A program made the translations under genes and the position numbers. A stretch of DNA of 64,000 bases, from sequence record MT708547.1, one strand, 5' to 3'. Each line of letters opens with the position of its first letter. The stretch's first letter is position 1. Under the pieces are notes generated by a model that saw nothing but the letters and a program-made list of their open reading frames with translations, was not told the DNA's origin and made no database searches. Shown here piece by piece: positions 24,941 through 35,338 of this stretch.

Positions 24941-25225
24941 ATGACCAAAAGTGAATACTATTCTGTACTGAATATTCAGGAAGCGTGCAAAGGTTTATAC
25001 TTTACTCCTTATACTGAAGTTATGCGTTCTGTGTTACAATCATTACAGATGGAATTTAATGCAAAGTACAAAGGGACACCCATTTCCATAAAATGCTATA
25101 ATGAAAATTTTGGTGTTTTAATTAATAGTTATAGTATAACATTTATTGTTTGTTATTTTGAAACATCGGGTTCTATAGCAGTGACAAGAAAATATTTTGA
25201 TTCTGATACAAAGATTAGGAAATAA
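24941..25225 (+). CDS. EY/FNxKY family (recent duplicate of 22658)
   Basis: near-identical first ~48 aa. Confidence 0.85.
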   Translation: MTKSEYYSVLNIQEACKGLYFTPYTEVMRSVLQSLQMEFNAKYKGTPISIKCYNENFGVLINSYSITFIVCYFETSGSIAVTRKYFDSDTKIRK

Positions 25226-25286
25226 AAAATAGTGTAATCTTTTATACATCCAACAATCTTTAAAAATAACTGGTAATTACTGTATC

Positions 25287-25562
25287 ATGACTGAACAAGA
25301 ATACAAATGCACAACGCATGTAATCGGAGTATTAGGTGATATTGAATCAAAGTATCGCAGTACAATGCTTACTATCTTATCAATTCTACAAGCTGATTTT
25401 AATAAAAAGTACGCACAAAGAAAAGTACAAATAACTGTAGGTTCAGGTGTTAAAACCAAAACAATCAAGGGGTATTGTATTGGATTTAGATATGTGTATT
25501 TTACTATTACCAAAGGATATAAAAGAGAGTATTTCAATGAATTCACTACTTTGTGTTCATAA
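25287..25562 (+). CDS. EY/FNxKY family
   Basis: MTEQEY..LQADFNKKY. Confidence 0.8.
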   Translation: MTEQEYKCTTHVIGVLGDIESKYRSTMLTILSILQADFNKKYAQRKVQITVGSGVKTKTIKGYCIGFRYVYFTITKGYKREYFNEFTTLCS

Positions 25563-25571
25563 AGAGGGATT

Positions 25572-25838
25572 ATGAAAAGAGATAAACATTATAAACAAAT
25601 TGAATTCATTTATAAACTTGCACGAAATAGTGATGCTTACACCTATATTTCTTATGAATCATATCTCAAAGAAGTTGTTGTTTTGTATCTTAAAAAGTAC
25701 AAATCAAAAAAGGTTGATTCTGGTACTTACATCATAGACGATGTTAAATTTTTATACGGCGAGCTTCGTGTATACCAGAGAAGAGTAAGTGATGGTATGC
25801 TTTTGTGGGATTCAATCTGGAATACAAATATAGATTAA
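25572..25838 (+). CDS. EY/FNxKY-like protein
   Basis: YLKKYKSKKV. Confidence 0.7.
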   Translation: MKRDKHYKQIEFIYKLARNSDAYTYISYESYLKEVVVLYLKKYKSKKVDSGTYIIDDVKFLYGELRVYQRRVSDGMLLWDSIWNTNID

Positions 25839-25840
25839 TT

Positions 25841-26269
25841 ATGAAAACACTAGAAGAATTAATTAGAATAAGTAAAAATATCATTTATATTAACAATGTA
25901 TTCAGTACTGGAAAAGGTCATCTTATTGTTGATGATGTTAGATACTTTTATTCTGAGTCTGCTCATATATGGTACAGTTCATTTTATGTTCGTGATTTTG
26001 AACCCGAGTGGGATTGTATTTCTTATTCGAGGGGTTTAAGTACAGTCACAACTATTTCTTCTATGAAGGAACATACTCACACACTCGATTGTTCAGAATT
26101 TGATTTAAGTGAAGAGATGCTTTTTCAGTACAGTACAATGTATTCCAGTACCGAACTGGAAGCTATATTTGTTAAAGTGTACATAGATAAATTCACAGAT
26201 GTAGATGAATTTTGTATAAATCTATCACAATATCCCGTGTATTGTGAAAAACTTGGATTAATACCATGA
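25841..26269 (+). CDS. FQYST family
   Basis: SEEMLFQYSTMY. Confidence 0.8.
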   Translation: MKTLEELIRISKNIIYINNVFSTGKGHLIVDDVRYFYSESAHIWYSSFYVRDFEPEWDCISYSRGLSTVTTISSMKEHTHTLDCSEFDLSEEMLFQYSTMYSSTELEAIFVKVYIDKFTDVDEFCINLSQYPVYCEKLGLIP

Positions 26270-26682
26270 GTTACCGAAGTTCATTATTTTTTGCACAAAA
26301 GGTATACTGTACCGTTCAGTGCTTTTATAATTCCGAATTTGATAATACCGTACTGAAAAAGACAGGAAATGACAGTATATTTGAGTACTACGATTATCAG
26401 AATTTATTTTTTGATTACCCAGTCTTCAATACTACACAGATGGATTGTCATATTTCTCTGGATTTTTCTTTTATGACATTCAATTCCTATAGTACAGGTT
26501 ACATGTCACTTGATTCTGTTGTTAGATTAAATTCTAGTAAGATAGTACCAATTCATAGTAGTGAGGATTATGATTTCTTTAGTAATTATTATACTGAAAA
26601 TGAATTGTTTGTTTGTACTGTATTTTCGTACCTAATTCTTAACAAATGTAAACCATTCTATCTGGATTTGCGTATAATTTAA
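26266..26682 (+). CDS. Paralog pair member 1 (degenerate FQYST-like)
   Basis: ends CKPFYLDLRII. Confidence 0.8.
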   Translation: MSYRSSLFFAQKVYCTVQCFYNSEFDNTVLKKTGNDSIFEYYDYQNLFFDYPVFNTTQMDCHISLDFSFMTFNSYSTGYMSLDSVVRLNSSKIVPIHSSEDYDFFSNYYTENELFVCTVFSYLILNKCKPFYLDLRII

Positions 26683-26752
26683 AGATAAGGATTTTAATAT
26701 CATGTTAGGAATTTTCCCACTACAATTACAATGAAATATGGAATAAAGTATA

Positions 26753-27148
26753 ATGAAAAATAACGAGTCACTTTTTCTTGCTAAAAAGATATACAACACA
26801 GCACAGCTTTTTTATAATTCAAGCTTTAACTGTACTGGATTTAAGAGAAGTTTTGTGGGAATGGATTATGAATATAAATTTTCTGATTTAATTGTTTTCA
26901 GTACTGAAAATACTTACGGTTCTTTCTTTTCTTTTCAAAAAAATATTATACTTTTTGATAATGAATTTACTGGTATAATTGAATGTGAATACAAAGATGG
27001 AACACGTAATTATCTTTCTGAAACATTGTCTTTACGTCAACAGTACCAGCCTGCATATACAAAGGATAATATGTCAGTGATTACAATTTTTTCGTACTTA
27101 GTGCAGATGAAGTGTCAACCATTTTATATGGATTTACGTATAATTTAG
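26753..27148 (+). CDS. Paralog pair member 2
   Basis: ends CQPFYMDLRII. Confidence 0.8.
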   Translation: MKNNESLFLAKKIYNTAQLFYNSSFNCTGFKRSFVGMDYEYKFSDLIVFSTENTYGSFFSFQKNIILFDNEFTGIIECEYKDGTRNYLSETLSLRQQYQPAYTKDNMSVITIFSYLVQMKCQPFYMDLRII

Positions 27149-27456
27149 GGGATATTCTTTTGTTAAAAATTCATTGTCATAACGGTCTTCTGTTTTGCAG
27201 CACTACAATACATAACGGAAGGTTGATTTACAACAAAAAAGATGATTCCTTTTTTTGTATCCATAAGAATTATGAAAAACCACACAAAATTATTGATTAT
27301 TCTGCATTACAAGAGGATGAACTTTTCCAGATGCATTTAGTATATGATAAAGTACTGAATTTGGATTTTCACACTTTAGTATATATTCAGAACAAAATGC
27401 GAGAATTATCAAAAATTTATACTGCTGATTTTAAGATTATAACACCTGAAATATAA
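27112..27456 (+). CDS. FQYST family (start uncertain)
   Basis: QEDELFQMHLVY. Confidence 0.7.
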   Translation: MSTILYGFTYNLGDILLLKIHCHNGLLFCSTTIHNGRLIYNKKDDSFFCIHKNYEKPHKIIDYSALQEDELFQMHLVYDKVLNLDFHTLVYIQNKMRELSKIYTADFKIITPEI

Positions 27457-27457
27457 G

Positions 27458-27790
27458 ATGAATAAAAATATTAGAACCAATCGTAATATGTGGTGCACTG
27501 TATATAAACTGATTTATTCTACTTTTACCCTTATACGATTAGTTAACAAAAATAATATAAAAATTGATGTTTATTTCCATAACAACGGTAATAAAGAGTA
27601 TTACTTAACAGAGGGTAACATATATGAAATTAATGATTTATCCTCTTTGAGTACTGAAGAATATTTTCAATTACTTACTGTATGGGACTATAAAACTGAT
27701 ATTGATTTTGTTATTTCTGCACATAAACGCATAGAGGAACTTAAAAAGGATGAGTTTTTCAATCGTGTCGATACAGTGATTGAATATTAA
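27458..27790 (+). CDS. FQYST family
   Basis: STEEYFQLLTV. Confidence 0.75.
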   Translation: MNKNIRTNRNMWCTVYKLIYSTFTLIRLVNKNNIKIDVYFHNNGNKEYYLTEGNIYEINDLSSLSTEEYFQLLTVWDYKTDIDFVISAHKRIEELKKDEFFNRVDTVIEY

Positions 27791-27957
27791 AAGAGTGTAC
27801 TAAAAAATGATTTATGATGAAAATGTTAAGTATATAACACAATTCATAGTACTATCATACACCAGATATGGCAGTTCTGGTTCTAGGTATATTGATAGCA
27901 TACTTAAACAACATATTAAGTTCAATGTTATCAATAACAAGAAAGGTTAATATAGAA

Positions 27958-28422
27958 ATGATTTTTGATACAAGGGAGGGTGCACTTTTTTATGCCAATC
28001 AAATATGCAATTTAGTATTGTATTACAAAAGTAATGAAAATTTATTAGATGAATATAAATGTTTGTATTCTAAAGTAGATGATATAGAAAGAGTTTCTTT
28101 GGAAATCGAAAACGACGACCCATTCCCTGAATCAATTATTGATTTTCAAGAAAAATATATTAATTATATTCCAGGTGAAGAATGTGAAATAATTCTTTCC
28201 GATGTATTTGGTCATAGTATCAAAATCAATCCCAGTGACCAAAATGAAGAATTCAATACCAGTACAGAAGAAGGTTATTTCCAGAAGAGTACTATATACA
28301 ATTCTGATGAATTGTTCTGCATTATTCTTTTTGAAAATATAGTACGTAAAATTCCCTTTCAATTCTATATTGATTTAGAAACAATTAATGACATAATAAA
28401 AGAGAAAAATTATGCGATATAA
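27958..28422 (+). CDS. FQYST family
   Basis: STEEGYFQKSTIY. Confidence 0.8.
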   Translation: MIFDTREGALFYANQICNLVLYYKSNENLLDEYKCLYSKVDDIERVSLEIENDDPFPESIIDFQEKYINYIPGEECEIILSDVFGHSIKINPSDQNEEFNTSTEEGYFQKSTIYNSDELFCIILFENIVRKIPFQFYIDLETINDIIKEKNYAI

Positions 28423-28750
28423 AATATATAAAACCAACCACCTGGTTGTAGCTGAGTACCTTTGTGATAATATGTTAGATATGTTCGAAAATGAACATGA
28501 TTTTGTTTTAAATTTAAGTACTAAAAAATTTAAGTTGAACTATTATGGTTCACATGAATTATCTGAACAATATTCAGTTGAATTGCAAGATTGTACTCAG
28601 ATGCAGGATGATGAATTGTTTCAGTACTCTTTGATTTTTGATTTTAATTTATTAAGTTTAAAGAATATTGTATTACTTCAGAAAGAAATGCTTACCATAC
28701 AAGATGATGATACTCATGATACTAAAGAAATTAATTTTATTGACTTTTGA
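28412..28750 (+). CDS. FQYST family
   Basis: MQDDELFQYSLI. Confidence 0.8.
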   Translation: MRYKIYKTNHLVVAEYLCDNMLDMFENEHDFVLNLSTKKFKLNYYGSHELSEQYSVELQDCTQMQDDELFQYSLIFDFNLLSLKNIVLLQKEMLTIQDDDTHDTKEINFIDF

Positions 28751-28810
28751 ATGTATATGTGATAGCATATGTTGTATGGGTGATACAAAACCATAAAAGG
28801 GGAATATATA

Positions 28811-29185
28811 GTGCAGACAAATCAAGAAATACAAATAAAATTAAAAATTAATAATTATTTTAATAAAGTTGTTAGTGCTTCGTATAATGAAGAAGTTTTG
28901 TACGAAATAAATTATTCCATGAATTGTTCATCCTTTTCATTTCGTGAGTATAATGGTATAACTTTAATTAGATCTTATGTAATTCCAGTGATTGATTATA
29001 CTGAAATGCAAGATGATGAATTGTTCCAGTACTCTTTAATATACGATCTGGAACATGTTATCCCCTTTGACTCTATGGTTGAATTACAGGGTATTATGAA
29101 ATCATGTACACAATTAGACCAATTGCAGGGTGGTATTGAATACACATTTAGTACAATGAATAAGAAGAATTATTATGTACAATGA
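28811..29185 (+). CDS. FQYST family
   Basis: MQDDELFQYSLIY. Confidence 0.8.
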   Translation: MQTNQEIQIKLKINNYFNKVVSASYNEEVLYEINYSMNCSSFSFREYNGITLIRSYVIPVIDYTEMQDDELFQYSLIYDLEHVIPFDSMVELQGIMKSCTQLDQLQGGIEYTFSTMNKKNYYVQ

Positions 29186-29414
29186 ATGTATTAAATCTCA
29201 CATAGAAAAAATAACTCTAATGTCTCCTGAGTATTTTACTTTACGAAATGCAAAAATTTATCGTAAAATACAAAAAGATGTTGTTAATTATTATCTTTCA
29301 TTGTACTGCAATGGAACTAAATCAAATTATATCATAATAGATATAAGATCGATAATTGATGGTACCTTTAGTATCCAGTACAGGGTTTATCAAAGGAAAT
29401 ATAATGATGACTAG
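29175..29414 (+). CDS. Hypothetical protein
   Basis: overlapping neighbours. Confidence 0.65.
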   Translation: MYNECIKSHIEKITLMSPEYFTLRNAKIYRKIQKDVVNYYLSLYCNGTKSNYIIIDIRSIIDGTFSIQYRVYQRKYNDD

Positions 29415-29688
29415 AGATGAATATTTTGTATTGCAATGCATCAATTCATTTTACTACGATAATACGATTAATTACAAATACAGGGATGTATTTTTTGACT
29501 ATATTTGTGAAGCTCAGGAGTACTACAGCAAAAAAATAAAAGGTACACCATGCACAATAAAAAACATAAATGAAGATGCTATACTGGAGAATATACACTG
29601 TATTGGATTTAAACATATATTATTCACTGTATATATGTTTAATCTAAAGAATTCAACAATAACCAGATATGAGAACATTGAATTTTGA
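29404..29688 (+). CDS. EY/FNxKY family
   Basis: MMTRDEY..KKIKGTPC. Confidence 0.75.
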   Translation: MMTRDEYFVLQCINSFYYDNTINYKYRDVFFDYICEAQEYYSKKIKGTPCTIKNINEDAILENIHCIGFKHILFTVYMFNLKNSTITRYENIEF

Positions 29689-29906
29689 AAACAACAAAAA
29701 ATATATCAAAACAACAAAGTACTGACCTCATGTTTAAAGCTTATTTACAGGTGGAATTGGAAAGTGGTATTTCTCCAGAGTGGTCGAGTTATCGTTTATC
29801 TGAATTGTTCATGTTGTATCATCTGGGTACTACTAGTCAGGATGAAATGTCGGAGTTCTACATTTATGCACTTATGCATAAAATGAATTATGTACACAAG
29901 GGGTAA
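29685..29906 (+). CDS. LGTxxQ family
   Basis: ELFMLYHLGTTSQ..FYI. Confidence 0.75.
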   Translation: MKTTKNISKQQSTDLMFKAYLQVELESGISPEWSSYRLSELFMLYHLGTTSQDEMSEFYIYALMHKMNYVHKG

Positions 29907-29910
29907 GTAA

Positions 29911-30129
29911 ATGAAAACATTAACAATTCCTCAGTGGTCTAATTTATATGATTATTATCATGAAAAATACAAAACCAATTGCAAATCCAGTAAAGACGTG
30001 ATAAGATGTATTGAAGTGACATTGATTGCTTCACTTGGTACAGATAAACAAACATATTGTGTAGAGCAATATATTGCAATGCTTATTGATTACACTAAGG
30101 AATTACAACATGAGTACAAATTTATCTAG
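29911..30129 (+). CDS. LGTxxQ family
   Basis: EVTLIASLGTDKQ..QYI. Confidence 0.8.
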   Translation: MKTLTIPQWSNLYDYYHEKYKTNCKSSKDVIRCIEVTLIASLGTDKQTYCVEQYIAMLIDYTKELQHEYKFI

Positions 30130-30544
30130 TGTAGAATTAGATTTTTTAGTTCGCAAATGTGATCCTTATGTGCAAAAATTACTGAAGAAATGTAAAACAT
30201 ATTCATACACAAATATTAAATTACAGTTCGAATTTACTACAATAAAAATTTATTCCTCTGTGTTAATTGATTCTGATATTATACCAAAAAGAAGTTCATG
30301 TGAAATTCCTTTGGAAATCTTTTATAAGAAACATTATAAATTATTAAAGAAGTTGAATTATATTCAGTACTACAGTAATGCACATTTATATACTGAATTG
30401 CAATGTATGTATAATCAGTACCTTGAAAGCATGGGGGTATCTATTGGCGATTTTGATGGATATCCTTTAAGTACTGAACAGATTAATTTATACAAATTTG
30501 TTTTTAATTTTAATTGTTCATTTTTAAGGAATGAATTAATATGA
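30110..30544 (+). CDS. Hypothetical protein
   Basis: AAGGA SD. Confidence 0.75.
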   Translation: MSTNLSSVELDFLVRKCDPYVQKLLKKCKTYSYTNIKLQFEFTTIKIYSSVLIDSDIIPKRSSCEIPLEIFYKKHYKLLKKLNYIQYYSNAHLYTELQCMYNQYLESMGVSIGDFDGYPLSTEQINLYKFVFNFNCSFLRNELI

Positions 30545-30879
30545 AAAACGAATTGCGTGGTTTATTGAGTACTCAATCGTTTCTTAAACGAATATCCACG
30601 GAAGAAATAGATTTTATCAGGAAAGAATTACTAAATCAATTATTTGATAGTGCCATTAAAAATTTTGCAAATGATCTTACTGTAATACATAAAGATAAAA
30701 TTGTATCAATTAAAATTCTAGTATGTAATACAAATACAAATACGTTTGAATACATTAAATCTGATTTTGTTATAAATGAATTTAGTTGTTCTTTATTCAA
30801 TGCTACCTGTCTTGTTGATAGTGTTGAGGGTTACATCAGAATAAAACGAGTACATTGTAAATTTATAGTGGATGGGTAA
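30541..30879 (+). CDS. Hypothetical protein
   Basis: AAGGA SD. Confidence 0.75.
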   Translation: MKNELRGLLSTQSFLKRISTEEIDFIRKELLNQLFDSAIKNFANDLTVIHKDKIVSIKILVCNTNTNTFEYIKSDFVINEFSCSLFNATCLVDSVEGYIRIKRVHCKFIVDG

Positions 30880-31151
30880 TGCAAAAATATGAATTTGACT
30901 CAGTACATATCATCATAAGTACTTTATGGGATATGGATCCTTCTTATACAACAGTGTATTATAAAATATTCTCTTCAATACAAGATGATTTTAATAAAAA
31001 ATACGCACAAAAAGAAGTACTCATAGAATCGAATAATAAAGTGATAAAAGAAAAAATATCGTACTACATTATTTCCTTTGGTGTATTGAAATTTATTTGT
31101 ACAAATTCATTTAGTAGACAATACTTCGCCGACGGGTGTCAATTATTATGA
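30879..31151 (+). CDS. EY/FNxKY family
   Basis: IQDDFNKKYAQK. Confidence 0.8.
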   Translation: MQKYEFDSVHIIISTLWDMDPSYTTVYYKIFSSIQDDFNKKYAQKEVLIESNNKVIKEKISYYIISFGVLKFICTNSFSRQYFADGCQLL

Positions 31152-31447
31152 CTAAAGAAGAATATATGAAAGTTTTGTTCATTAAAGAAATTTTTGTCCA
31201 AATGGTATTGGGTACTGATTATTTGTACAAAAATGCATTCATTAACATTCTTGAAGTACTACAAGATGATTTTGATTCAAAGTATAAAGGAATGAAAATA
31301 AATTACAAAACATATAATCAGGATTATATTAAAATTATCAAAAAATATACAATTAATTTAAGTTCTGTAAATTTTGAAACTGCACTTGGAATGAGGTTTA
31401 AACATTTTGATTATTATTTAATTCCAATTGGATTTAAAGATGAATAA
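31148..31447 (+). CDS. EY/FNxKY family
   Basis: MTKEEY..LQDDFDSKYKG. Confidence 0.8.
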   Translation: MTKEEYMKVLFIKEIFVQMVLGTDYLYKNAFINILEVLQDDFDSKYKGMKINYKTYNQDYIKIIKKYTINLSSVNFETALGMRFKHFDYYLIPIGFKDE

Positions 31448-31745
31448 ATTCGAATACCAATCAATACAATTAATTAAAGAGTATTCAAATTCTTTACATA
31501 GTTCTTTTATTTTAAAAAATAATAATTATTCCACTAAAATTTGTGATATAATTAATAATTATTTTAAATGTATATCTAAAGAATTTTCCACAAAATATAA
31601 GAATAAAAATATAAAAACCGATGTAGATGTTTTTGTAATAGTGGGTTTCATTATACAACAAGATTTATGTGTTGTAAAATCACTGGCGAATAGTACTAAT
31701 TATTTCTTTAATTGTAAATCCCTTATAGAAGGTGAACTTTTGTGA
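31440..31745 (+). CDS. EY/FNxKY family
   Basis: ISKEFSTKYKN. Confidence 0.75.
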   Translation: MNKFEYQSIQLIKEYSNSLHSSFILKNNNYSTKICDIINNYFKCISKEFSTKYKNKNIKTDVDVFVIVGFIIQQDLCVVKSLANSTNYFFNCKSLIEGELL

Positions 31746-32074
31746 ATAAACCAAACATTTATCTGGAATTTGATAACAGCATAAAGCAAGTTAATATGTT
31801 GAGATCAATTTTGAGAGATTGTTATATAGAAGCATATTACTACAAGAACTGGAATACTAAAATGTATTCTAATACATTATATTACTCATTCAATGAATAT
31901 TTAGATTACATTTCCGAAGAATTCAATGAAAAATATAATTCAATTGTACTTACCTATAATTCAAAAAAGCATGTACTGAATAATATAGAAATGAGTTTGA
32001 AATTTATCACATTACATTTATCCAGTTCAGAATTACCAACAACAATTATTATACATCCTTCATATCTGGAATAA
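31742..32074 (+). CDS. EY/FNxKY family
   Basis: ISEEFNEKY. Confidence 0.75.
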   Translation: MNKPNIYLEFDNSIKQVNMLRSILRDCYIEAYYYKNWNTKMYSNTLYYSFNEYLDYISEEFNEKYNSIVLTYNSKKHVLNNIEMSLKFITLHLSSSELPTTIIIHPSYLE

Positions 32075-32080
32075 AATATA

Positions 32081-32290
32081 ATGAATGATTTGGATTCCCT
32101 GTTGTGGTATACTTTATCCGTTCTTTCATTTGAACGCGATAAACACAAAGTACAAGCATCTAAAAATCCAGATATATTACAGAAAAAGAAAGAATACGCA
32201 TTAGTGTATTCTTTGGAAAAATCATTTATTTCTATGCATCTGGAATACAGAGAATACAGAACATCAAATGGTATAAAAAATGAAATATAA
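32081..32290 (+). CDS. Hypothetical protein
   Basis: gap-filling ORF. Confidence 0.65.
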   Translation: MNDLDSLLWYTLSVLSFERDKHKVQASKNPDILQKKKEYALVYSLEKSFISMHLEYREYRTSNGIKNEI

Positions 32291-32615
32291 ATCTATAGTA
32301 CACAAAAGATTCAAGTCAATATATTATACGGAAATTTATGTTCATAAAAAAGTAAAAGGTATTGATTTTTATATTGATAAAGTATATCTGGATTATGATG
32401 TAGTTACTAATACATTCGAATGTACAGACCTCTTTGATTCAATACCAGTACCTAACTTGGCTGAATTAAGTGAAGAAGAAGAATTTCAGTACTCATTAGT
32501 ATATGAAGATATATGGGGATTTAAATGGGATTATTATCGAATGGTGTCTTATCAAAAAGCACTAATATCCTCTATAAAAAAACAAAATTACTTATTAATT
32601 AACCTGGAATATTAA
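32280..32615 (+). CDS. FQYST family
   Basis: SEEEEFQYSLVY. Confidence 0.8.
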   Translation: MKYKSIVHKRFKSIYYTEIYVHKKVKGIDFYIDKVYLDYDVVTNTFECTDLFDSIPVPNLAELSEEEEFQYSLVYEDIWGFKWDYYRMVSYQKALISSIKKQNYLLINLEY

Positions 32616-32616
32616 T

Positions 32617-33150
32617 ATGCAAAACAAGTACAACTATAATGACCCAGAATTTGCTACACTCGCATATGATATAGCAAAAATGGTAAAAGACTTAAAGGAA
32701 TGTGCTATTGGTACTAAAGATATTAGTACTGTAATGAATACCGATGTGAATTTTAAGAAAGAATTACAGGTAACTGATTCGACAAACCCTTTGGCTGCAT
32801 TCAAGAATTGTGTGGTAGATTTCGATGGTGTAGTGCAATGTAATATAGGGTATAGATCACTCAAAGGTAATGTAATAACGTTTGATGCACATGGGAATCT
32901 ATATGAAATTGACATTTATAAGGGTCAAAAATTGATCATTAAATTCATTGATATATATCGATGTAGCATATCATATCAATTCGAATTACCAAAAATTGAT
33001 GGTGCATTCATTGATAATTATGATGCTTATATTTTTCAGTTAAGTACTACAAATGAATATTACAGTATCATTGATTTTGTACTTAGAATGAAAATGAAAT
33101 TCCAGAGTAATTTGTACTTAAAAGGAAGTATCCTTGATCTGGTGTTATAA
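32617..33150 (+). CDS. FQYST family (21413/22027 subgroup)
   Basis: YDAYIFQLSTT. Confidence 0.8.
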   Translation: MQNKYNYNDPEFATLAYDIAKMVKDLKECAIGTKDISTVMNTDVNFKKELQVTDSTNPLAAFKNCVVDFDGVVQCNIGYRSLKGNVITFDAHGNLYEIDIYKGQKLIIKFIDIYRCSISYQFELPKIDGAFIDNYDAYIFQLSTTNEYYSIIDFVLRMKMKFQSNLYLKGSILDLVL

Positions 33151-33155
33151 AATAT

Positions 33156-33335
33156 ATGAAAATTTTAACAAAAGAAGAAGTACAAAAACGATTAATTGTA
33201 CAACAAGATTATACAACAATGCATAGATTTCTTGAGCTTCGTTTATTGAATTTTATTGGTACTAATTACCAGAAGAGTTGTGTAAATTTTTATATCAAAA
33301 TGCTTCGATCTGAAATTAAACTAAAATTAAAATGA
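33156..33335 (+). CDS. LGTxxQ family (59 aa; not in ORF track)
   Basis: ELRLLNFIGTNYQ..FYI. Confidence 0.75.
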   Translation: MKILTKEEVQKRLIVQQDYTTMHRFLELRLLNFIGTNYQKSCVNFYIKMLRSEIKLKLK

Positions 33336-33508
33336 AACACATTAATAGTATTCAGTACCTTAAATTGTACAAAAAAGCACTTGATAATTCCAGTACAATG
33401 TTGGAGTTTAATGAAAACTTTTTCATATACGTATTGGGAACTAACTATCAAGAAAAGTTAATTCTTCCATATTTGGAAACTCTCTGCTATTCAATGAAGA
33501 AAAAATGA
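33332..33508 (+). CDS. LGTxxQ family (58 aa; not in ORF track)
   Basis: FIYVLGTNYQ..PYL. Confidence 0.75.
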   Translation: MKHINSIQYLKLYKKALDNSSTMLEFNENFFIYVLGTNYQEKLILPYLETLCYSMKKK

Positions 33509-33696
33509 AAATGTTAACTCCAACCGAATATGACAATGTAATAAGTTTAGTATATGTTTCTTTACCACGAAAATGTAGTTCTATTAGAAAATTTGAATTG
33601 TATTTAAAAGCGGTTCTTGACACCAATTATCAGTTACAAATTACAAATATATACATTTCCAGACTTATTCTACATATGCAAGGAAAAATTATATGA
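33505..33696 (+). CDS. LGTxxQ family with QGK tail
   Basis: ELYLKAVLDTNYQ..IYI..MQGKII. Confidence 0.75.
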   Translation: MKMLTPTEYDNVISLVYVSLPRKCSSIRKFELYLKAVLDTNYQLQITNIYISRLILHMQGKII

Positions 33697-33711
33697 TTTA
33701 TTTGAATCTGA

Positions 33712-33734
33712 ACCCTCTTAATTGAGGGTTTTTG
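33712..33734 (+). terminator. Terminator
   Basis: AACCCTC-TTAATT-GAGGGTT-TTT. Confidence 0.8.
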
Positions 33735-33764
33735 TAATTGACTTTCTCTATAATTTAATGTACA

Positions 33765-34124
33765 ATGACAATAAATGTTACTAACATAGGGGTATTATGT
33801 TTGAAAATCACACTAGGTGAAGATAAGTATATCAAATTTTTAATCAATTTATATCAATCATTTAATTCAATGCCAGAAGATACTGAATATGATAGGAATA
33901 TGAAATTGATTTCTATAATTATGTCAGATACTATATGTGAACCACACATTGAGTATTTGAACAAAAAATACAAAAACAAAAGAGTAACAGACCGACTTAA
34001 TAATCCATATTATATTAGATATTTCAAAAGCACCCCGCTGGCTCTCTTTGCTTATACATTTACTGTTAATTTTCATATGTTCAGTTTTAAAGATTTGTAT
34101 TTAACTGAGGAGACTTTCGCGTGA
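33765..34124 (+). CDS. EY/FNxKY family (YIEYLxxKY subgroup)
   Basis: EPHIEYLNKKYKN. Confidence 0.75.
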   Translation: MTINVTNIGVLCLKITLGEDKYIKFLINLYQSFNSMPEDTEYDRNMKLISIIMSDTICEPHIEYLNKKYKNKRVTDRLNNPYYIRYFKSTPLALFAYTFTVNFHMFSFKDLYLTEETFA

Positions 34125-34414
34125 GTATGTATGAACGAATAGATAAAACAGTACTAAAAACTTTACAAATGATTTATCGATTGACTAATTCAAGACACAA
34201 ATACACTGAAATATTCACTTATACATTTATTGAGTATCTTAATTCCAGATACGAATATTGTACTATAAATGATGATACATTCAGGGTGGTGGAATTTAAG
34301 ATTGGGCTATTTGGTATTTTATGTGTGATTAATTGTGAAAGAACCGGTAGAAATGAATACATTTATACCCATGATTTAGGTGATGTAGATTTTGTTGTAC
34401 AAAAAACATCATAG
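34121..34414 (+). CDS. YIEYLxxKY subgroup
   Basis: FIEYLNSRY. Confidence 0.75.
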   Translation: MSMYERIDKTVLKTLQMIYRLTNSRHKYTEIFTYTFIEYLNSRYEYCTINDDTFRVVEFKIGLFGILCVINCERTGRNEYIYTHDLGDVDFVVQKTS

Positions 34415-34424
34415 AGATAATATA

Positions 34425-34742
34425 ATGAAACTATCAGAAGACAAATATTATTGTACTTTAGATTTAATTACTGAATTATTTCTTGATAATAAAATACGAA
34501 AAACATATGCTTCTTATACATTGAGTAAATTGCGAGGCATTCATTATGAAGAATATATTCAGTACTTATCTATGAAATACAAAAATTCAGTATGTGATGT
34601 TTATTCTCATGGAGAAAGTGTCATTCTTGAATTTTCATATGATCAATTTGGTATTTTAATTTATTGTACTAACAATTCATACGGGTTTTGTACTAGACTG
34701 GATTTTGTGGAAATATCTTCTTATGAAAAAACTGAAAAATAG
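34425..34742 (+). CDS. YIEYLxxKY subgroup
   Basis: YIQYLSMKYKN. Confidence 0.75.
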   Translation: MKLSEDKYYCTLDLITELFLDNKIRKTYASYTLSKLRGIHYEEYIQYLSMKYKNSVCDVYSHGESVILEFSYDQFGILIYCTNNSYGFCTRLDFVEISSYEKTEK

Positions 34743-35049
34743 TATAGTACACAAAACAATAAAAATGATTAATACTTCTATCATTTATACAGATTTTGTA
34801 TATTGCTCACAAACATATAAAAATTTATTTGATTTACTAATGGAACCGTATATTGAATATTTGAGAGAAAAATATATCAACAAACAAGGTTCAAGTTCTT
34901 ACGGTGTTTCTATGAATTATTTTATAAACATAGTTGAAATAAATTCAGATCACGACTGGTTAGTTATTATTAAAGGACAAAATAGCACTTTATGTTCCCA
35001 AAATTATGTATATTTCTCAATTGATGATTTTATTATAAAAGATGAATAA
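34723..35049 (+). CDS. YIEYLxxKY subgroup
   Basis: EPYIEYLREKY. Confidence 0.75.
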   Translation: MKKLKNSIVHKTIKMINTSIIYTDFVYCSQTYKNLFDLLMEPYIEYLREKYINKQGSSSYGVSMNYFINIVEINSDHDWLVIIKGQNSTLCSQNYVYFSIDDFIIKDE

Positions 35050-35338
35050 AGAAAAAACACAAAGAACAATAGATTATATAGAAAAATTACTTATTGATGA
35101 TTTGTATATGGGTAATATTATTCCACACAATGGTTCATTTTTACATGATATAACATATGAAATATTAAAACCATTTATGGATTATCTTTATGTAAAATAT
35201 ACAGGAAAATTATGTTTAATTAATTCTCTTAATACCTGTTCTTATATTACTTCAGTTGAAATAAGAGTTGTTGTTGGTATTGTATTCCTCACCAATTCAG
35301 AAAATAGTTACAAAATGAAGGATATAACAATAATATGA
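35042..35338 (+). CDS. YIEYLxxKY subgroup
   Basis: PFMDYLYVKYTG. Confidence 0.75.
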   Translation: MNKEKTQRTIDYIEKLLIDDLYMGNIIPHNGSFLHDITYEILKPFMDYLYVKYTGKLCLINSLNTCSYITSVEIRVVVGIVFLTNSENSYKMKDITII